Assembly (NCBI GenBank): GCA_013265495.1
Contig: MU057847.1
Coordinates: 77,875 to 141,874, forward strand
Reading direction: 5' to 3'
Source: Vicugna vicugna
Taxonomy: Eukaryota
Length of the DNA: 64,000 nt
The notes under the pieces are model-generated. The model was not told the DNA's origin and did no database searches. It was given only the letters and a program-made list of their open reading frames with translations. This document shows positions 14,151-28,199 of the stretch, piece after piece. Position 1 is the stretch's first letter, and every line of letters starts with the position of its first letter. A program made the position numbers and the translations under genes.

Positions 14151-15379
14151 TGAAGTTTATCTTTGTAAAGGGCTCTGAACATGGGATGTAAGTGATAATT
14201 AGCATCACTATGCTCTTTATTAGCAGAGTAATACCTATTCCTAGAGGCAGTCAGGCCTGCCGCTCGTGGTCCTGGCCCTTCGCTTACAGCAGCTAGACTT
14301 CTTACCCCGGCACTGCAGCCTGCTGGGGGCAGTTCTTGCCTCTTAGCAAGACCAAGAGATCTTGACTAACTGTAGCTGTGACCTGAAAGAACAGCAGGCA
14401 GGAAAGTAAATGGTTCTTTCTTGGCCTGTAGTGTGTCCATTGGCAGACGGGCAGGTCTAGAGCAATAGGTTACTTTTTTAAAAAACCCACTTTTATTGAG
14501 ATGTAATTCACATACCATGCAACTCAACCTCATTTTTGAATGGCTTTTTATCACAGCCATTTCTAGACATACAGAAAAGTAGAGAGAAGAGTAGAATGAA
14601 TTCCCACATACCCATCCCCCAGCTTTGGCAATGAACAACTCATGGCCCATCTTTTTGTATCTATCCTGACACGCCCATGCACCTCACCCTCATGTAAGTA
14701 GGCATATTTTAAAACAAATCCCAGAAAATATGTCATTTTTACCTATAATACTCCAGTGTGTATCTCTAACACAGAAAGTATTAAAAATAAAATAAAACCA
14801 CAGGAGTTAGTCTGAGTTCAGATTTCTAGATCGGAAGTCTCTGTAATGTGGGGTCCTTGTGGTGGGTGGGCGGGTGGGGGGCAGTGTTCATGAAGGGGCT
14901 TCAGAGGATCTCTGTCCTCCCTAAAAATATGCAAAGGTTGGTATTTTGTGAGGGGACCACCGGAGGAGTGCGGGCCTCTGTGTGGATGTGTCTTGGGGCA
15001 AGGTGGGGGGAAGACCCAGACCTTTCAACAAATCTCAAACTGGCATGTGACCCCATAAAGGCTTGGGGTCCCCAGTCTAGAGGAAGGGGCTAAGCTGTCC
15101 TGGCCCAGCTAAAGAGCCCGGTTTTCAGTGGCCAGAATTGGGTGGGGGATTTGCTGGGAAGATGGCTGAGCAGGTCTGGGGTGGAGGCTTCAGCCTTCTG
15201 GCCTACACTGTACCCCAAACTCAGGAGGTGGCATAGTGTCCAGTGGGTCCTAAAACTTCCCGGTGCCTCTGAACCCCTTGGCATGGTGTTAAGCATGCGG
15301 ATTCCCAGGCCCACCTGCTAGGATCCCAAGTCAGTAAATCTGAGAATCTGTTCATGCTTACCAAGTTCCGGTTTTGAGC

Positions 15380-15610
15380 AATATTAGTTTGGTGACTAAG
15401 AGCATGAGCTTTGGAGTCCCACAGCCCCGGGTCTGAACCTTGGCTCCACCTCATGTCGGCTATATGGCCCTAGGCATGTCAAGAGACCTCTCTGTGAAGT
15501 GGGCTGACTTACGGCACCTCTGCCCTAGGGGTGTTATAAGAATCAGGTTAGATGATACAGGTAAAGCACAGGTGGGCTCTGCCTTGCATGAACGGTGCTC
15601 TAATGGATGG
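15380..15610 (+). mobile_element. MIR SINE (MER5-like relic immediately upstream, ~15230-15370)
   Basis: GTGACTAAGAGCATGAGCTTTGGAGTC... MIR head and core. Confidence 0.7.
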
Positions 15611-16779
15611 CAGTTCTTTTTCTTCTTCTTACTAAATTTCCCAGAGTGGCAGACCTTGGAAAGGCTCCCCTTACTTCCCCCAGGATCATAAGGGTTTACT
15701 GTCCTTCTCAAAGAATTGTCGAGATTATAAGAGTATCAGAAAGTTTATATGATTAATGGCTCCTCTAGGCTCCACTGACTTCAGTTGACAAGAAGGAAAC
15801 TCAAAAAACTGATGGGCTCAGATGGTATTATCAGGCTGCATGGCCAGGGTGAAACTAGAAGCTTCTTTCCCTAGGCGCCTTCCTGGAGTTGGTGGTCTTG
15901 TTAGCCAAGTTGTTTGGAACGTGGTACATCAGTCGGGAAACCCTCAATAGTGAAGCCGGCCTGATTTGGTGACTCGGTTTCTGTAGCCACACTGAAGACT
16001 CCAGGAAAGAATGTGTATGACTCAGGGTTGGTCCCCCTCACTTGTAGGAAAAGAGCCCAACACTCACGTCCAGCTGATGGGGGAGTGGGGAGCAGTGACG
16101 CTGACATCCTTTCACATGCATGAGGGCACACCGTAACACCAATGGCCTTTTCTAACTTCAAAACCATCGTGGTTTCTGGGGACCAGGGCTGGGAGGCACC
16201 AGTGCTGGGTTTGGGCTTCTTTATGTGAAGGAAAGGCCCTGCTAGGCTTCAAACTCCATGAGGGCAAGGCTCTGTCTAGGCCACACCAGGAAACTGTAGC
16301 CTCCATCCAGGTCCCCTAGGCTTTAACACAGGATGATCTGCCCATGAACCTTGGGCCTCAGCTCCACCACCACCTTCAGCCCTTTTGAAGGTAATTGGAT
16401 TTTCTCACTTTGTTGCCATCCTTATTTGCTAATGCTAGTGTCCAACTGGTGTCTGACTTTTCACATCTTATCTCTTGTTTCTAGCTCTGTGTGAACCCTT
16501 GGAAATTAACAGCCAAATGTGGCCTTCCTCTTGCAGACCCTCTGGTCTACCAGGTCACAGCTAGTACCTTTTCGGGGACTCCAGGTAATTATCCTGTCTC
16601 CAGGTCTCTTGCTCAGGGGAGCTTGCCTGGTCGCCTCCATCCCTAGAAAACTGACCAGATAAGCTTGGGTGCAAATGAGTAGTAATTGGCTCCAGAGAGC
16701 ACTTGCTGTCCAGGATGCTGTGAGTGGATGACTAGGGAGGGAGGGAGCAACATTTCCTTCCTCCCCACTCCCCTTCACT

Positions 16780-18522
16780 TTATTTTTTATTTTTTTCCCC
16801 TTTCATTTTATTATTTATTTATTTATTTATTTATTTAATTGATGTATAGTCAGTTACAGTGTGTCAATTTCTGGTGTACAGCATAATGTTTCAGTCATAC
16901 ATATACATACATGTATTCGTTTTCATATTCTTTTTCATTATAGGTTACTACAAGGTATTGAATACAGTTTCCTGTGCTATACAGTAGAAACTTGTTTTTT
17001 ATTTATTTTTTATATAGTAGTTAATATTTGCAAATCTTGAACTCCCAGTTTATCCCTTCCCACCCTCTTTCCCCCCAGTAACCGTAAGTTTGTTTTCTAT
17101 GTCTGTGAGTCTGTTTCTGTTCTGTAGATAAGTTCATTGGTGTCTTTTTTCTTTTTTTTTTTAGACTTAACATATAAGTGATATAGTATTTTTCTTTCCT
17201 TTTCTGGCTTACTTCGCTTAAAATGATCTCCAGATCCATCCATGTTGCTGCAGATGGCATTATTTTATTCTTTTTTATGGCTGAGTAGTATTCCATTGTA
17301 TACATGTACTACAGCTTCTTTATCCAGTCTTTTGTTGTTGGACATTTAGGTTGTTTCCAAGTCTTGGCTATTGTATATGGTGCTGCTATGAATATTGGGG
17401 TGCATGTATCTTTTTGAATTACAGCTCCTTCCAGATATATGCCTAGGAGTGGGATTGCTGGATCATATGGTAAGTCTATTTTTAGATTTTTGAGGAACCT
17501 CGAAACTGTTTTCCATAAGGGGTACAGCAAACCACATTTCCACCAACAGTGTAGGAGGATTCTCTTTTCTCTACACCCTCTCCAGCTTTTATCATTTGTG
17601 GACTTTCTGATGATGGCCATTCTGACTGGTGTGAGGTGATAACCTCATTGTAGTTTCTATTTGCATTTTTCTGATAACTAGGGATATTGAACACTTTTCA
17701 CGTGCCTATTGGCCATTTGTATAAATCTTCATTGGATAATTGCTTGTTTAGGTCTTCTGCCCATTTTTGGATTGGGCTGTTTGTTTTTTTGTTATTAAGT
17801 TTTATGAGCTGCTTATATATTCTGGAAATTAAACCTTTGTCAGTCACATCATTTGCAAATATTTTCTACCATTCTGTAGGTTGTCATTTTGTTTTCCTCA
17901 TGGTTTCCTTTGCTGTGCAAAAGCTTATAAGTATAATTAGGTACCATTTGTTTATTTTTGCTTTTATTTCTATTGCCTGGGTAGACTGCCCTAGGAGAAC
18001 ATTGCTAAGATTTATGTTGGAAAATGTTTGCCTATGTTTTCTTCTAGGAGGATTATAGTGTCTTGTCTTATATTTAAATCTTTAAGCCATTTATTTTTGT
18101 CTATGGTGTGAGGGAATGTTCTAACTTCATTGATATACATGCAGTTGTCCAGTTTTCCTAACACCGCTAGCTGAAAAGACTGTCTTTTTTCCATTGTATA
18201 TTCTTGCCTCCTTTGTTGAAGATTAATCAACTGTAAGTCTGTGGGTTCATTTCTGGGCTCTCTATTCTGTTCCATTGATCCATATGTCTGTTTTTGTGCC
18301 ACCATGTTGTTTTGATTACTGTAGCTGTGTAGTATTATGGGAAGTCTGGGAGGGTTATTCTTCCAGCTTCGTTCTTTTTCTTCAGTAATGCTTTGGCAAC
18401 ACTGGGTCTTTTGTGATTCCATATAAATTTTAGGATTATTTGTTCTAGTTCTGTGAAAAATGTCCTGGGTAATTTGATAGGGATTGCATTAAATCTGTAG
18501 ATTGCTTTGGGTAGCATGGCCA
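16780..18522 (-). mobile_element. Relatively young 5'-truncated L1 (3' ~1.7 kb: ORF2 C-terminus + 3'UTR)
   Basis: ORF2 peptides [24 protein letters not shown]..., YTMEYYSAIKKNKIMPSAATWMDLE; frameshifted; T-rich tail on the left. Confidence 0.95.
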
Positions 18523-19046
18523 CCTTCTTTCCTTTAGCCAGTGCTCCTGCCTGTCTAACTCTACTCAAAGATCCAAGGATAGGGAGGTGGCCTTTTGGTA
18601 ATGAAAGGAACTGAGAGGCCAGGCTGGGGCTGGTCCTATTTCTGTTCTCTGATGGCTGACAAGCATGTAGGCCACTTGTCTTTCCAGAGGTTTCTGGCTG
18701 CAGGGTCAGCAGAACTGGAGGGGCACTAGCCTGAGCTATCTCTGGCCTTCTCAGCAGAGGAAAACCTTGAGTGGTCAGAAGCTTGGGGAAGGGGCTTCAT
18801 GGAAATTTTTGAGAAACTGAGGCTCAAGCAGAAAGCTTATTTTGTCATCCTCCCTGCTGAAAGCATTACCAAAGTGTCTGAGGCCTACTTCCTGCCTTCC
18901 TGAGCTCAGCCTGGTGACTGTTATGAGCCTTTGTGTGGTGATTAAGTTTCCTGGCTATCTGGGATCACTGCCCAGGCTGAGGATAGACACCAAAAGAGTG
19001 TAAAACTGTGACCCCAATAGATGTCCAAGTAATCATGCATCTGTTT

Positions 19047-19088
19047 GTGTGTGTGTGTGTATGTGTGCGTGTGTGCGTGCGTGTGTGT
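19047..19088. repeat. Imperfect (TG)n microsatellite
   Basis: Direct reading. Confidence 0.9.
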
Positions 19089-19419
19089 TGGAACGTTGAT
19101 TTTTTTTTCCTAAACGAGAGTTAAAGAAAATGTTTGAGGGGGTCCAAGTAATTGACACTTTGTCCTCCTGGAAAATAGAATTTTCTAACCTGAAATCATT
19201 TTGGTCAGGGATGACTTGCAAAATGAGACAGAAAGCATCATTTGGGGAGGGTTAGGAAGAAAGAGAGTCTCTCCCATCAAATAGGATTTGGTGAGGCAGT
19301 AGAGGAGATGTAACCTAGATGTAGCATAATATAGTTTGAGGTTTCTCATATGATAGCCCCCAGAGCCTTATTCTGATTTTATGGCTCTAGGATCGGGTCC
19401 AGGAATCTATTTGATCACA

Positions 19420-19545
19420 CTCCCCAGGAGATGTGGAATCTCTGGCAAGTCACCTCTTTCCACAAGCCTTAGGGTCCTTGGCACAACTGAGGCAGACAGA
19501 CTGGATGATCTCCCAGAGTTTTTCCTGTTCTGACATTCTGAGATG
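19420..19545 (+). mobile_element. CR1/L3 3' end
   Basis: GGAGATGTGGAATCTC...ACTGGATGATCTCCCAGAGT...TTCTGACATTCTGAGAT resembles the CR1 3' terminus. Confidence 0.55.
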
Positions 19546-19974
19546 CCCTGGAAAGCCAATTAACTAACCCAACAAGGTGCCTTATAATGGGTGCCATATT
19601 TACATAAGAAAAGAGCCTTGCTAGGAGTTCAGAGGAGGGAGAATCACTTGCTGAGTTGGGGTGAGAATGGTCTTTCTTCATGCAGAAGCTCCAAACTCAG
19701 CTTCTAAAGATAGAAGGGAGATTTGGAGAACATTGAGAAACTATGTGACCAAAGGCTCAAAGTTATGTGGTACTGCTTCTCTGGTTTTCTTTGTGCTTCT
19801 TATCTGGGGGTGGAGATGGAGGAGTTGAGTTGGGGATAAGAAGTCGCACTGTGTACCACTCAAGGCCAGACCTCAAGTCCCTTAATATTTTTCAAAACTT
19901 CTTCCTGCCCAAAGTCAGGGAACCTTCATTAGGCACTGACCTGTTGTTACTGGGAATAAAGATCTAGTGAGGCC

Positions 19975-21160
19975 ATTAATTCATTCCATAAACCTTTATT
20001 GAATGCTTACTTTGGGCTAGGTCTTTTTTGGACGTATAATTGATATATAACAGATTAGTTTCAGCTGTACAACATAATAATTTGGTATTTGTACATATTG
20101 CTCAATGATCACCACCATAAGTCTAGTTAACATCTGTCACCACACATAGTTATAAATTTTTTTTCTTGTGAGGAAAACTTTAAAGATCTACTGTCTTAGC
20201 AACTTTCAAATTTGTGATACAGGATCATTAACTATAGTCACCATGCTGTACATCACATACTTAGGACTTATTGGTTTTATAACTGGAAATTTGTACCTTT
20301 TGATCTCCCTGGCTAGGTTTTGTGTTGAGTGCTTAAGATACATAGATGAATAAAATATTGTCCCTGCCCTGGAGAGGTCTCACTTTGAGCAGACAATTAC
20401 AATGCGATGGTTGTGTCCAAGGCCTTATATGGACACTAGTGAGCAGAGAGGCTGTAGTCAGGGAGAGGGGACAGGGAAGACCTCACAAAGGTGGTAGGTA
20501 AGATTCACCAGGTTGGGGGAGCAAGAGGGGAGCACTTTGCGGTAGAGGTGGTAGAGAAATGTAAAATAGTCTGGCATACCAACAATGAATTAGGGCAGCT
20601 TGTAGGCTTATAATCTGTCCCTCCTCTAGTTGATGTAAATTGTCTGAGGACTCCAGGGAAAGAGGGAGTGTTGAGCACAGTCTAGCTGGGGCCATTGCTT
20701 GTGCCTCCCCAAGGGTTTCCACTTCACCCTGAAGACCCTGGGGAGACAGAAAGGTGATCTGTAAACAGGAATTGACTTGGATAGAGTTGAGTTCTAGAAT
20801 GCTCCCTTTGGTGGTTTTGTAAATGGTGGGGATAGAATGAGTTCAATCATAGCAAAAGAACTATTGAGCAGAATATTTCTCTGGTTCACAGAGAGTTGAT
20901 GAGTTGGGGCAGTACAGTGGAGAGGGTGAGGTAGGGTGTTGAAGGAGAAGGTAGAGCTGAGGCTGACTTCCCAGTTTGTGATTTGGATCATTGGGTGGGA
21001 GAGAAAGGCTTAGGGGACTGTGGATTATGGAGAGAAAATGAGTCCAGTTTTGGACAAGCTGAGTTTGAAGTATCCATGGACCATTCAGATGGAGATGTCC
21101 AGTAGGCCACTGGATAGCAAGAGAGAGGCTCAGCTGAGACATGTTTCTAAGGGACAATTT
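19975..21160 (-). mobile_element. L2 relic with nested L1 3' end (20025-20310)
   Basis: L2 antisense motifs (TCATTCC...TTTATTGAATGCTTAC; GAGTTTGAAGTATCCATGGACCATTCAGATGGAGATGTCCAG); the L1 is flanked by GGCTAGGT repeats. Confidence 0.7.
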
Positions 21161-21548
21161 CTGAATCTGGTGTGAATTTCCTCCTTATGTATTCCCTTTT
21201 ACTTTTAATGTGCTTCTAAGAATAGATTTACATGACGTCTAAGGTTCTATATTCTCTCCTTCCCAACATCCCCATATCCACCAGTCATAACCCACCACAT
21301 ATACACTCTTGAATTCCCATTATTTATACAGACATTTCCCTAAATCATGAGGGCAATTAGAAGAAGATCTCAGATCATCTCTTCCTGACACCTTGCAGTC
21401 AAGTGTGGATATTCCAGAAGGTAACCAGGCAAATTTGTTCAAGATTCCAGAAGTCACTCATGCCTTTTTAGGAATGGGAAGGAAGTAATAGTGTGTCAAG
21501 TGTCCATAGACATTCTGCCTTGAGGCCAGGCCTCCTGGGATGGGTTGA

Positions 21549-21588
21549 CATCATCATTATCATCATCATCACCACCACCACCATCACC
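21549..21588. repeat. (CAT)n(CAC)n trinucleotide tract
   Basis: Direct reading. Confidence 0.9.
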
Positions 21589-21589
21589 A

Positions 21590-21850
21590 AAGAGCTTACA
21601 GCTTTTGGAACATTTCCCATATGATAGAAACTGTGCCGAGGACTTCTCATGCATGACCTCACAGAAACTTGTAACAGTCCCAAGGTAGTACTATTAATAT
21701 GCTTCTTTTAATAGATGAAAAAAACTGAGGCACAGTGAATATGCATGACTTGCTCACAAACCCAACTCTACACAGTTAGTACCCAATAAAGCTGGGTTTC
21801 AAACCCTCATCTACCCACGCCTGACTCCAGAATCCTTATTCTTAACCATA
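21590..21850 (-). mobile_element. MIR SINE
   Basis: AGATGAAAAAAACTGAGGCACAG core. Confidence 0.75.
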
Positions 21851-21991
21851 CTCGGCCTGCTTTGGAAGGCTGTTTAACCATAATTGCTGTTGCTTTTCTT
21901 TCAGAAAGTCTTCTAGTTTTCTTTCATCTTCAGTACATAATTGCCTCATTAGTCAGCTAGTCAATCAACAGCCTGGACTGCATACCAGTTT

Positions 21992-22158
21992 CTTTTTTAA
22001 CCTCTTATTCTGGTCAGGTTTATTCCAGTTCAAAGGACAAAGGTATATTCCATATATCCCAGGCCTTATCAGTTTGTAACTACAAAATACATTTAAAAAA
22101 TTATAGTCAGTTACAATGTGTAAATCTCTGATGCACAGCATAATGTTTCAGTCCTACA
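21992..22158 (-). mobile_element. Very short L1 3' end carrying a 3' transduction
   Basis: TSD TGC(A/G)TACCAGTTT (21979-21991, 22159-22171) encloses ~60 nt of L1 plus ~100 nt of non-L1 sequence with AATAAA and an A-tail on the - strand. Confidence 0.75.
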
Positions 22159-23859
22159 TGCGTACCAGTTTTGAAAGGAGAACTATACGACATATTGAGG
22201 GGTGAGACAAAAGAACTAGAAAGCACAGCTCCTGTACACAAGAACCTACTTAGCAAAAGACACCCATGAGAGAGATGACTTGAATGAGATTATGCAGTCT
22301 GGGGCTAGGATCGGGTGGAATTCAGAATAAGGCAAGACTTCCCAGAGGAGATGAGTGCTAGCTATTTCTGCACCTAGAAGGGAAAGAAGGACAGATGGAG
22401 CAAGGCATTTGAGGTTCCTATTAGGGGAATTCAGAAGTCATCAGAGCTTGGCAGGACCAGAGATAACATCCGGTTACTAGATTCTGGCCCAAAGATCTCA
22501 TTTCCTGGATGAAGAAACATAGCAAGAGAGGAGTGAGGACCTGTGTGGGTGAGGATTCCCAAAGACCCAGCCAATGTTCTCTCTCTGGGGCGGGGGAGAT
22601 GGAAGACCAGCATGAGCAAACTCCTAGAGGTGCTTGGTGGTCACCTGCTGGGAAGAATCAGACCAGGAGCAACCACAAAGCCATCTTGTTCAGAATCCAC
22701 TTCAGCAAAGTCCAGGAAGTCTTGCTTTGATTTCCACTTACTCCACAGACTTCCCTCAACTCTGGGGATGGTGTGTGGCATACTCTTGCTATGTGCTTCT
22801 GCAGTCCAGTCTGGGTGTACCTTTCACTGGCCCACCCAGGCCAACACCATACCATCAGTGGTATGGTCAGTGGAACAGGCTTACAGCTTCTGTTTACCCA
22901 GCACAGAATATTTCCAATAAGAAACGAAAGCTTCTTTTCTTTTCCAGCAACAACTTACATATTATCAAACAAAGAAACCATGGAGTCTTCACTTATAAAC
23001 TTCTGGCTGCCCTGGTGTTTGGTCAGGAAATACCAGTTTTTTTACATGGTGTCAAAATTTAATCAACTTCCCATCTCCTCCCACAAAAATGTTGCCCCGC
23101 AGATGTTAAGACGTGGGGGTTGGAATCCCAACTCGCTTGGCTCCCAGACTACCTTGCCATGGAGTCCTCATAAATCAGAAAGCAACCCTTTCTGCCGGGT
23201 CTGTATTTATCTTTGCGGATGAACAGAGATGCCAAGTTATGGAGGAAGAATCTCTTCCTGACTGCCTCTGGAATCTGCCAGCAGTTCCCACCTGCCTCTA
23301 GTTAGAGGCTGGGTGGATAGCTGAAGATATGTTATTCCTCACCTCCAGAAGGAGTATTCTGGGTGCTTCCCTCCCTCCTCCTCAGCCCCAGGCTTTGCCC
23401 CTCACCCTGACTTTTCTGTATTCCAAGTCTATAAGGAGTTTGCCATGGCCTTCAGCCTTCAGCTTCTCGGCTCCAAGTTGGGGCTCAAAGGAAATGCTCT
23501 CCTCTCACATTAGTTACCCTGATTCTGGATCCTGAATTATACTTACTGGACTAAGGGCTGGCCTCACTCTGGATGGCATCAGTAGAACGCACTCCTGATG
23601 TGTGGGGAGGTGAGAGCCAAGGACCATGGGTTCAAGGGGGTGACAAGTGGGGATATGGAGGGAAGCCAGTTCAGTTTCTGTGAGCCCGTTCCACCTAATC
23701 AGAATGTAGTCATCTTAAGAGAAAGGATTTTGAGGAGCTTCAAGACCTAGGGAAACACTCCACTACTCTTATTTGGGATCCTTCAGATCAGACATCTTTA
23801 CTTTGGAAACTTGACTCTATACTATTTAATTTTTTGGTAAATATTTCATTGTGTTCTCT

Positions 23860-24390
23860 TGTTCATTCAACAAATATTTGTTAAGCTCTCTACTATGGCC
23901 AGGCACTTTGCTGACTTCAGTGATGAGCAAAACTACATATGGTCCCGGGCTTCATGGAACTTATAGTCAAGTTGGCAAGCTAGGCATCAATCACAGAATC
24001 ACAGAAATGAATGCTAAAATACATTTGTGAAAAGTTCTAGAAAGGAGAAGTATCTGCTGTGAGAGCACATAATGGGGGAGGGGTTCTGATTTGTCAGGAG
24101 ACCCGGGAAGGCTTCTTTGAGGCAGTGAGGATTTTTCTGAGACCTGACGGATGAAAAGCCTTTAACTAGGCAAAGCATGGAGGGAAGGGTATTTCAGGCA
24201 GAGGGGAAAGTATATGCAAAAGCCCTGTGGTGGGCCTGTAAGAAAGCCAGTGTGGTGGAGCAGAAAGAGGATTAAGGGAATGCATGGTGGGAGCTGAGGT
24301 TGCAAAGGCAGCAGGCCTCCAGGGCCAAGCCCATGTGGGGCCTTGAAGGACTTGCTAAGCAGTTTGATCTTTATCTTAAGGGCTGCAGGA
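23860..24390 (-). mobile_element. L2 3' fragment
   Basis: TTCATTCAACAAATATTTGTTAAGCTC...GCCAGGCACT...GGAAGGCTTCTTTGAGG. Confidence 0.8.
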
Positions 24391-24719
24391 AGTTCTTGGT
24401 TAATTTCTTTTTTGAAAATGTCAGCCTGTTGGAGGGGAAATTGACTACTTAGGAAAGAAAAGAAAGGGTTGTTTACTTTCTTTGAACATACTTGGGTGCA
24501 CTAACATGTAAATAAATCACATTTCCTATTTTCTTGAGTTCCAAGGGGAAAAGTCCTCCTGAAATGGAGCAGAAATCAGGAAGAGCCTGACAAGATGATG
24601 AGAACCACAGAAGGCTGAGAATTGTGAGTCTGGCTCTGTTTCTTTAACAGCACTTGTCCAATTGTTTCCTTTTATAATCTGACCCAGGTCTCAATCTCTC
24701 CCTGAGCCACCCTCCATTC

Positions 24720-25630
24720 ATTTAATTTTTAAATTTGTGAAAAAATGCCCACAACATAAGGTTTAATGTCTTAACCATTTTTAAGTGTACAGTTCAGTGA
24801 CATTAAATACATTCACATTGTTGGGCTACTATCACCATCATCATCAACAGGACTTTCATATTGCAAAGCTAAAGCTCGGTGCCTATTAAACACTAACTCC
24901 CCATTCACCCCTCCCTGAACCCCCGATAACCACCATTCTAATTTCTGTCTCTATAAGTTTGACTGCTCTAGGTGCCTCATATAGTGGAATTATACAGCGT
25001 TTGTCTTTTTGTGACTGGCTTCTTTCACTCAGCATAATGCCTTTAAGGTTCATCCACATTGTAGCACATGTCAGAATTTCCTTCTTTTTCAAGGCTGAAT
25101 AATATGCTATCAAATGTATATACTACATTTTGTTTATCCATTCATCTGTTTACAGCCATTTGGGTTGTTTCCACCTTTTGGTTATTGCAAATAATGCTGC
25201 TATGAACATGGGTGTATAAATCTTATGCTGGATCACATGATAATTCTATTTGTCATTTTTTGAGATGCCACCATATGGCTTTCCATAGTGGCTGCACATT
25301 TCACATTCCCGTCAACAGTGCACAAGGATTTCAATTTCTCCACATCCTCACCAAAGCTTGTTACTTTTTGGTTTTTTGATAGCAATCATCCTAATGGGTG
25401 TGACGTGGTATCTCACTGTGGTTTTGACTTGCATTTCCCAAAGGTTAGTGATGTTGAGCATCTGTTTATGTGCTTATTGGCCATTTGTATATCTTCTTTG
25501 AGAAATGTCTATTCAAGTATTTTGCCCATTTTTAAATTGGATTGTTGAGTTGTAGGAGTTCTTTATATATTCTGGATATTAATTCTTTGTCAGGTATATG
25601 GTTTGCAAATACTTTCTCCCATTCCATGAG
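24720..25630 (-). mobile_element. L1MB-like 3' fragment
   Basis: TTAACCATTTTTAAGTGTACAGTTCAGTG start; ORF2 C-terminal-like peptide YYSALKKKEILTCATMWMNLKGIMLSE. Confidence 0.9.
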
Positions 25631-25734
25631 TGCATTCATCTTTATACAATGACTTTTCTTAGAACAAGGGTCCCAGTCCTGGTCCCAGTTCTACAATTGA
25701 CTAAAATGGGTATAACACATCCTGCTCTGCCCAC

Positions 25735-26100
25735 TAATAATGATAACAAACACTTATCAAGCACTTACTAAGTGCCAGGCACTGTTCTATTTACACATAG
25801 TAACTCATTTAATCCTCCCAACAATATTGTGAAGCAGGTACTATTTTATTTTCATCTTTATTTTATATTTATTTATGTTTTATCAAGTTATAGTCAGTTT
25901 ATAATGTGTCAATTTCCGGTGTACAGCACAATTCCTCAGTCATATAAGAATATGTACATATTCATATTCTTCATCTTTATTTTATAAATGAGGAAACTGA
26001 GTTATGGAAAGCATGTGACTTGCCTAAGGCCAGTAGGTGCCAGAGCTAAGATGCTACCAAACAGCCCGGCCTTCAAACCCATGCAGTCACCCATTTCACC
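25735..26100 (-). mobile_element. MIR SINE interrupted by an L1 tail (25865-25970)
   Basis: MIR motifs; the L1 is flanked by TTCATCTTTATTTT repeats. Confidence 0.75.
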
Positions 26101-27249
26101 AGGCTCCCTCCCTCCCTGACTCTGCTCTTGTGAGGAGCTAAGGTGTGAGGAAGGCCTGCTAACTGTTAAGTGCTATAAAGAGATAAGAAATGGTTTGCAT
26201 TTCTGGGCCATACTCAGAGAATAGTGAGGGTTCATTGACATGGACAAGCCACTTCTGGGGCACACTAGGATCATGAGGAGTCAGGGAGAGGCCTTTGCCA
26301 GGGACAGAGCCTGTGTGCAGACCATGGGCTTTGAAGCCCAGCCACAAGATATGAAGAACATGAAAAGATGTGCTCTTCTCATTGGCCTCTCTCCACCAGG
26401 ACTCCAAATGTGAATGTGTATCCCCTAAGAATAGTTCCTTGCATCTCCATAGCACTTCTTACAAATTAAAGTTTTGCGCACGTTATTCCATCAGATCTTT
26501 ATGATGACCAGTCAGCAAGGAAGGGTGAGCGTTATTGTTACAACTTTACAGGTGGGAAAACTGAGACTCAGAAATCTTAAGTGCCTTACCAACAGCTCCA
26601 GTTGGTGACCAAATCAGAAATAAAACAAAGATCTTCGAATCTCTTCGTTCATTCCTCAAGGAATCATTTTGCATATTCATCAAAGCAGTTGATTCCTTCC
26701 CCAGCTCGTGGGCCAAATGGGCAGGAAAAGCTGGGTGTACTAACCTCTCTGGGACCCGAGCCAGAGCCTGACCCATGGTTCCCACATGAAAGCTTTGAAG
26801 GTCATTAAGTGTTTCCTTTTCAGCCCACTGGTCAGTAGTGGACTCTTGGTTAGGACCATTGCTCTGAGGCTCAGGGACCCAAGCATGTATAGACCTCTCT
26901 AGATCAACACTGTCTAGTTCCAGAGACGCAACAACTCTGTAAAAGAGATCCAGAGGACATTATTGCCTCCATCTGAGAGATGTGGAAACTGAGGCCCAGG
27001 GAGGGTAAGTAACACGCCTGAGGTCACACGGCTAATAAATGCTTTAGTATCTGGCTTCAGGATCAATATCTTTTATCACTCCACCAAGCTGCCAAAAGGC
27101 TCCGGGGGTGGGGGAGGCGACTTAATCATGAAAGTGCTGTATCACGATGTGGTCGTGGCAGTGCAAGTGTGCCAGTATAGACATTCTGGGCCGCCCTGGC
27201 CAATGGCAGGTAGCAGGCTGAAGCAGGCAGCCAGCTATGTGGTATGACA

Positions 27250-27691
27250 TTGTGGAAATAAACAAAGACCACCCAAAGGAGAACCAGGAGACGTTACCGA
27301 TTCAGAGCTCACTACACAAGGGAATCAGCCAGCATCATGTGGCTCTGGCAGACTCAGAGGCAGGCTGGGGAGTGGGAAAGATTTACAGTGAAAAAAAGGG
27401 ACGGCTTTTGACCCTGATAGGAGGCTGCTGTCATGGGGAAGCTGGAGGTGGGCTAATTAGAAGCAGGGCACCCTATATGATTGGTTTGTGGGGCCTATTT
27501 GGTTTTCTCGGGCTATTCCTGAGTTGGAAGGGGTAAGTGGGTGGGGGATGGGATAGTGGCAAAAATAGGGAACCTGGGCCTATTATGGAAAGCTTGTGGT
27601 CTGCCTTCCCTGCTGGTTGTTGTAGAGGTGTGGGTCCGAGTTCTATTGTTATCTATGGTCTGACTATTCTGTTTGTATTTCCAGCCTTTCA
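27250..27691 (-). mobile_element. ERV-type solo LTR relic
   Basis: A ~440-bp unit bounded by TG...CA with MER-type LTR composition; subfamily not determined. Confidence 0.5.
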
Positions 27692-28199
27692 ATATAAAGG
27701 AGTGAAAAAAATTGCCCTAACTGAACAATCTATTGCAGTGCCTAAAATGTCCATTATCAGAATTAAAAAGAAAGAAAAGATTTCCTCAGGTCCTTAAAAA
27801 TATGTCTTTTCCCATGGGTTTAAGGTACTATGATTCTGGAGATTTTTAATACCAACCCCTAATAGAGTTTTCATTATTTGATTGATTTTGATTGACGCAT
27901 ATGTGCCTGTCACTGTCACGCTTCACCAAGTAGTTTGCTGTGTACGGGAGAAGAGAGTTCAGATTGAAAGTCTGGTGGAGGGGAGTGGGGGCAATATCTG
28001 GGCTCCTGGGGCTATGCTCAGTCTAATAAGACTAGGCTGGGGATTGAAGGAGGGCACTCAAGAATGAGTGTCCCCAAAAGTAAGTGGAGTGGGTATAAAG
28101 GAGCCTCCAAGACATTTTTCAATTGGAGCCCTCCATTCAGAGCGTTTGCAGCAAATCAGTTGTTCTAATTCCCCCATGACACACCCCACCGTGACTTTT

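Noticed and set aside
16780..18568. L1 ORF2 peptides as an active element or host gene
   Set aside because: 5'-truncated (no ORF1, endonuclease or most of RT) and frameshifted.
22430..23300. Dense overlapping ORFs of 125-149 aa and an acceptor-like TTTTCTTTTCCAG
   Set aside because: No recognisable protein, no convincing donor and no consistent frame.
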